Source: Pseudomonadales bacterium (GTDB lineage Bacteria > Pseudomonadota > Gammaproteobacteria > Pseudomonadales > JBECKS01). From it: a stretch of 64,000 nucleotides of DNA. Position 1 is the first letter of the stretch, and each line of letters opens with the position of its first letter. Location of the stretch: contig OZ245031.1 in the NCBI GenBank assembly GCA_965223975.1, positions 2,132,145 through 2,196,144 of the forward strand. Reading direction: 5' to 3'. A model generated the notes under the pieces. It was not told the origin of the DNA, did no database searches, and worked only from the letters and a program-made list of their open reading frames with translations. Shown here piece by piece: positions 61,526 to 64,000 of this stretch. Both the position numbers and the translations under genes were made by a program.

Positions 61526-63670
61526 ATGTTGTCCACTGAGCTACAAGAGAAGATTCAAATTCATTACAAAGAATGCGTTGAAGCAAGGTCTTTAACAGTG
61601 CGAAAGGGCCAGCGGGTCATGATCGCAGAGGTGGCAAAGAGCTTTGCCTCTAGTTTAAATCTGGATATTAACTCACCATCCAACGCTGGGTCAGTTTGCG
61701 TCATTGAAGCGGGTACGGGCACTGGAAAGACGCTAGCGTATACCCTCGGGGCCTTACCGGTAGCGATGGAATATGAAAAATCTCTGGTGATTTCGACCGC
61801 AACCGTAGCTCTGCAAGAACAGCTGTTTTATAAGGATTTACCCGAGCTAAAGGCCCATAGTACCCTGAATTTTGAGTTTGCCTTGGTGAAGGGTCGGGGT
61901 CGATATGTTTGTTTATCTAAGCTCCTAATGTGGGAGAAGCAAGAAGGGCAAAGCTTGTTTATCGAAGATCTGTTAATGGACGATTCACCGACGGCGACAG
62001 GAGAGGATATCAAACTCTACCGCTCTATGATTGAGGCTATTGATCTCAACGAATGGGATGGTGAAAGGGATCATTGGAAAGAAGAAATTAAGCATAAAAC
62101 CTGGGCGGGAGTGATGGCTAATCGCCAAGACTGCAGTGGTAAAAAATGCCCCTATTATGGCGAGTGCAGTTTTTTTGAAGCCCGAAAAAGCATCGCGGAT
62201 GCTGATGTGATTGTGACCAACCACGATTTGGTGATGGCTGATATGTTTCAGGATGAGGGCAATATTTTGCCTCCAGTAGAAGATGCATTTTATGTGTTCG
62301 ACGAGGGCCACCACTTGCCAGATAAGGCTTTGAGCCATTTTTCCTCTAATTTTCGAGTTCGGGCCAGCCAAACGTGGTTGCTCAGGTCACAGTCTTTGTT
62401 GGATAAAATGCAGGATGAGGAATTGCTGCAAGACCTGCCTCAAGGTGATTTACTGCGCACTCAAGAGGCTGTGGTGTCCACTCAAGAGGGCATGGACGAG
62501 CTCTACGACTTGGTGGAGAGTTGCTATCAGCTAAACCTTGAGAAAAAAGGCAGTCAATCCAATAAACGTTATAATTTAGATGACGATGTTTACAGTCGCT
62601 TTGAAAACGGTGAAGTTCCAGGGGAGCTGGTCGACAACGCAGTCGAGCTCAAAACACGCTTCTTAAGCCTTTCGCGTTACAGTTCAGACTTAGTCGAAAC
62701 CCTCAAGGCACATATGGAGCTAAACCACTCAGAAGAGGGTATGGCCTACTTGAGTGCGGTTGCTGGTGTGCAAGATCGAGCTGAGTCGAGTGCGGCACTC
62801 TTTGCTGAATTCTCGAAAACTGTTCATGATATTCCGCTGGCAAAATGGATAGCTTTGCAGGAGTTTTCCGATACTCGGGATTTTCAATTATCCGCTAGCC
62901 CTATACATGCCAGTGAGCTACTGGATGATTTGCTTTGGTCTCGTTGCCAAGCGGTATTGGTTACATCGGCAACCTTGACTGCGCTAGGCAGTTTTAATTT
63001 TTTTATCGAAAGAACAGGCTTGCCAGAGCATACCCAATATTTTCAGATAGCCAGTCCTTTTGATTACCAGGGTTCTGCAAAACTGGTGTTGCCAGATATT
63101 CAGTCCGAGCCGAATGATAGCGCCAACTTTCCTTTAGAAGTCGCAAGTTATATCGAAAAATGGCAGCCGTTGAGCATGGGCAGCTTAGTACTGTTTAGCT
63201 CCTGGGCTCAAATGAATGAGGTCAGCGACTATGTGGATTCAAAATACCATAAACAGATATTGAAGCAGGGTGACCTGTCCAAGGAGGAGATCCTGACGCA
63301 GCACAAAGAGCGTATTGATCAAAACCAGCATAGTATGATTTTTGGTTTAGCGAGCTTTGCCGAGGGTATTGACTTGCCCGGTGATTATTTGAGCCATGTG
63401 ATTATTTGTAAGATACCTTTTTCGGTACCAACCGATCCGATGGCTGAAGCCCTGTCAGAATGGGTGAGCCAACAGGGGCGAAACCCATTCTCAGATATAT
63501 CGGTACCCGAGGCTTCACTTAAACTTATTCAAGCCTGTGGTCGTTTATTACGCTCTGAAAGCGACCGAGGAAGAATATCTATTTTGGATAAAAGGTTGCG
63601 CACCAAGTCCTACGGTAAGCAATTAATATCAGCTTTACCGCCTTATCAGCTCCAACACGGCGATGAGTGA
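61526..63670 (+). CDS. dinG: ATP-dependent DNA helicase DinG (XPD/Rad3-like, Fe-S)
   Basis: Contains EAGTGTGKTLAY, the Cys cluster C..C...C...C (GRGRYVC, CSGKKCPYYGEC), DEGHHL and the QACGRLLR motif VI. Confidence 0.92.
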   Translation: MLSTELQEKIQIHYKECVEARSLTVRKGQRVMIAEVAKSFASSLNLDINSPSNAGSVCVIEAGTGTGKTLAYTLGALPVAMEYEKSLVISTATVALQEQLFYKDLPELKAHSTLNFEFALVKGRGRYVCLSKLLMWEKQEGQSLFIEDLLMDDSPTATGEDIKLYRSMIEAIDLNEWDGERDHWKEEIKHKTWAGVMANRQDCSGKKCPYYGECSFFEARKSIADADVIVTNHDLVMADMFQDEGNILPPVEDAFYVFDEGHHLPDKALSHFSSNFRVRASQTWLLRSQSLLDKMQDEELLQDLPQGDLLRTQEAVVSTQEGMDELYDLVESCYQLNLEKKGSQSNKRYNLDDDVYSRFENGEVPGELVDNAVELKTRFLSLSRYSSDLVETLKAHMELNHSEEGMAYLSAVAGVQDRAESSAALFAEFSKTVHDIPLAKWIALQEFSDTRDFQLSASPIHASELLDDLLWSRCQAVLVTSATLTALGSFNFFIERTGLPEHTQYFQIASPFDYQGSAKLVLPDIQSEPNDSANFPLEVASYIEKWQPLSMGSLVLFSSWAQMNEVSDYVDSKYHKQILKQGDLSKEEILTQHKERIDQNQHSMIFGLASFAEGIDLPGDYLSHVIICKIPFSVPTDPMAEALSEWVSQQGRNPFSDISVPEASLKLIQACGRLLRSESDRGRISILDKRLRTKSYGKQLISALPPYQLQHGDE

Positions 63671-63678
63671 GGCAAGAA

Positions 63679-64000
63679 ATGACGGAAGCTAATATGACTT
63701 TTCATGAGCAAATACTAAGTGATGACTTAAGTCCAGGTGACGCGATTGAACTGAATGAACAGTTGGTCCGCATAGTTGCTGATAATGGTAGTGTTATGAC
63801 CGGCTCCGGGACTAATTCATACCTGATCGGTCGTGACAGTCTGACACTTGTTGATCCCGGACCTAAATCTGTAGCCCATTGCCAGGCTATTTTGGATGCC
63901 GCAGCGCCTCGTGGCCAAATAGACTATATAGTGTTGACCCACACCCATGGAGATCACTCACCAGGTGTTGAAGCCATAAAAGAGGCAACAGGTGCAAAGG
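63679..64000 (+). CDS. MBL-fold metallo-hydrolase, 3' partial
   Basis: The ORF is open to the window end. Contains LTHTHGDHSPG (HxHxDH motif). Confidence 0.8.
   Translation, partial: MTEANMTFHEQILSDDLSPGDAIELNEQLVRIVADNGSVMTGSGTNSYLIGRDSLTLVDPGPKSVAHCQAILDAAAPRGQIDYIVLTHTHGDHSPGVEAIKEATGAK

Overview
This window looks like a marine gammaproteobacterial chromosome segment. That assignment is inferred from gene order only. The housekeeping backbone is strongly conserved and follows the order I recall for Pseudomonas/Oceanospirillales: smpB, rnfH, bamE, fur, recN, hrcA-grpE-dnaK-dnaJ, dapB, carAB, greA, yhbY, rlmE-ftsH-folP-glmM, tpiA-secG-tRNA-Leu, then tRNA-fMet-rimP-nusA-infB-rbfA-truB-rpsO-pnp, and dinG. 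Four accessory patches interrupt it. (1) At 2-5574, two very Asp-rich thrombospondin-type-3-like repeat proteins sit next to an OmpA protein with two OmpA_C domains. (2) At 17329-19738, an orphan histidine kinase with two solute-binding domains is frameshifted. (3) At 31824-43537, about 11.7 kb lies between tRNA-Leu and tRNA-fMet with no integrase or att repeats seen. It carries an endostatin/DUF1554-like lipoprotein; a translationally coupled operon (di-heme peroxidase, amicyanin-like cupredoxin, di-heme cytochrome c) bracketed by two GAF membrane proteins with no output domain; an orphan secreted protein; arsR-arsC-acr3-arsH with a 36-bp perfect palindromic operator; and a lipoprotein / steroid-5-alpha-reductase-like / YhhN (lysoplasmalogenase family) operon. 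(4) At 53082-60990, a radical SAM protein with unusual CX4CX2C spacing converges on an operon of a CarF/PEDS1/FAD4-like lipid desaturase and a B12-binding radical SAM enzyme. Two c-di-GMP phosphodiesterases follow. The desaturase plus B12-rSAM pair, read together with the YhhN operon, is my best candidate for an undescribed system (lipid or ether-lipid tailoring). No CRISPR array, transposase, integrase or rRNA was seen. All family assignments come from motif reading by eye, not from searches.
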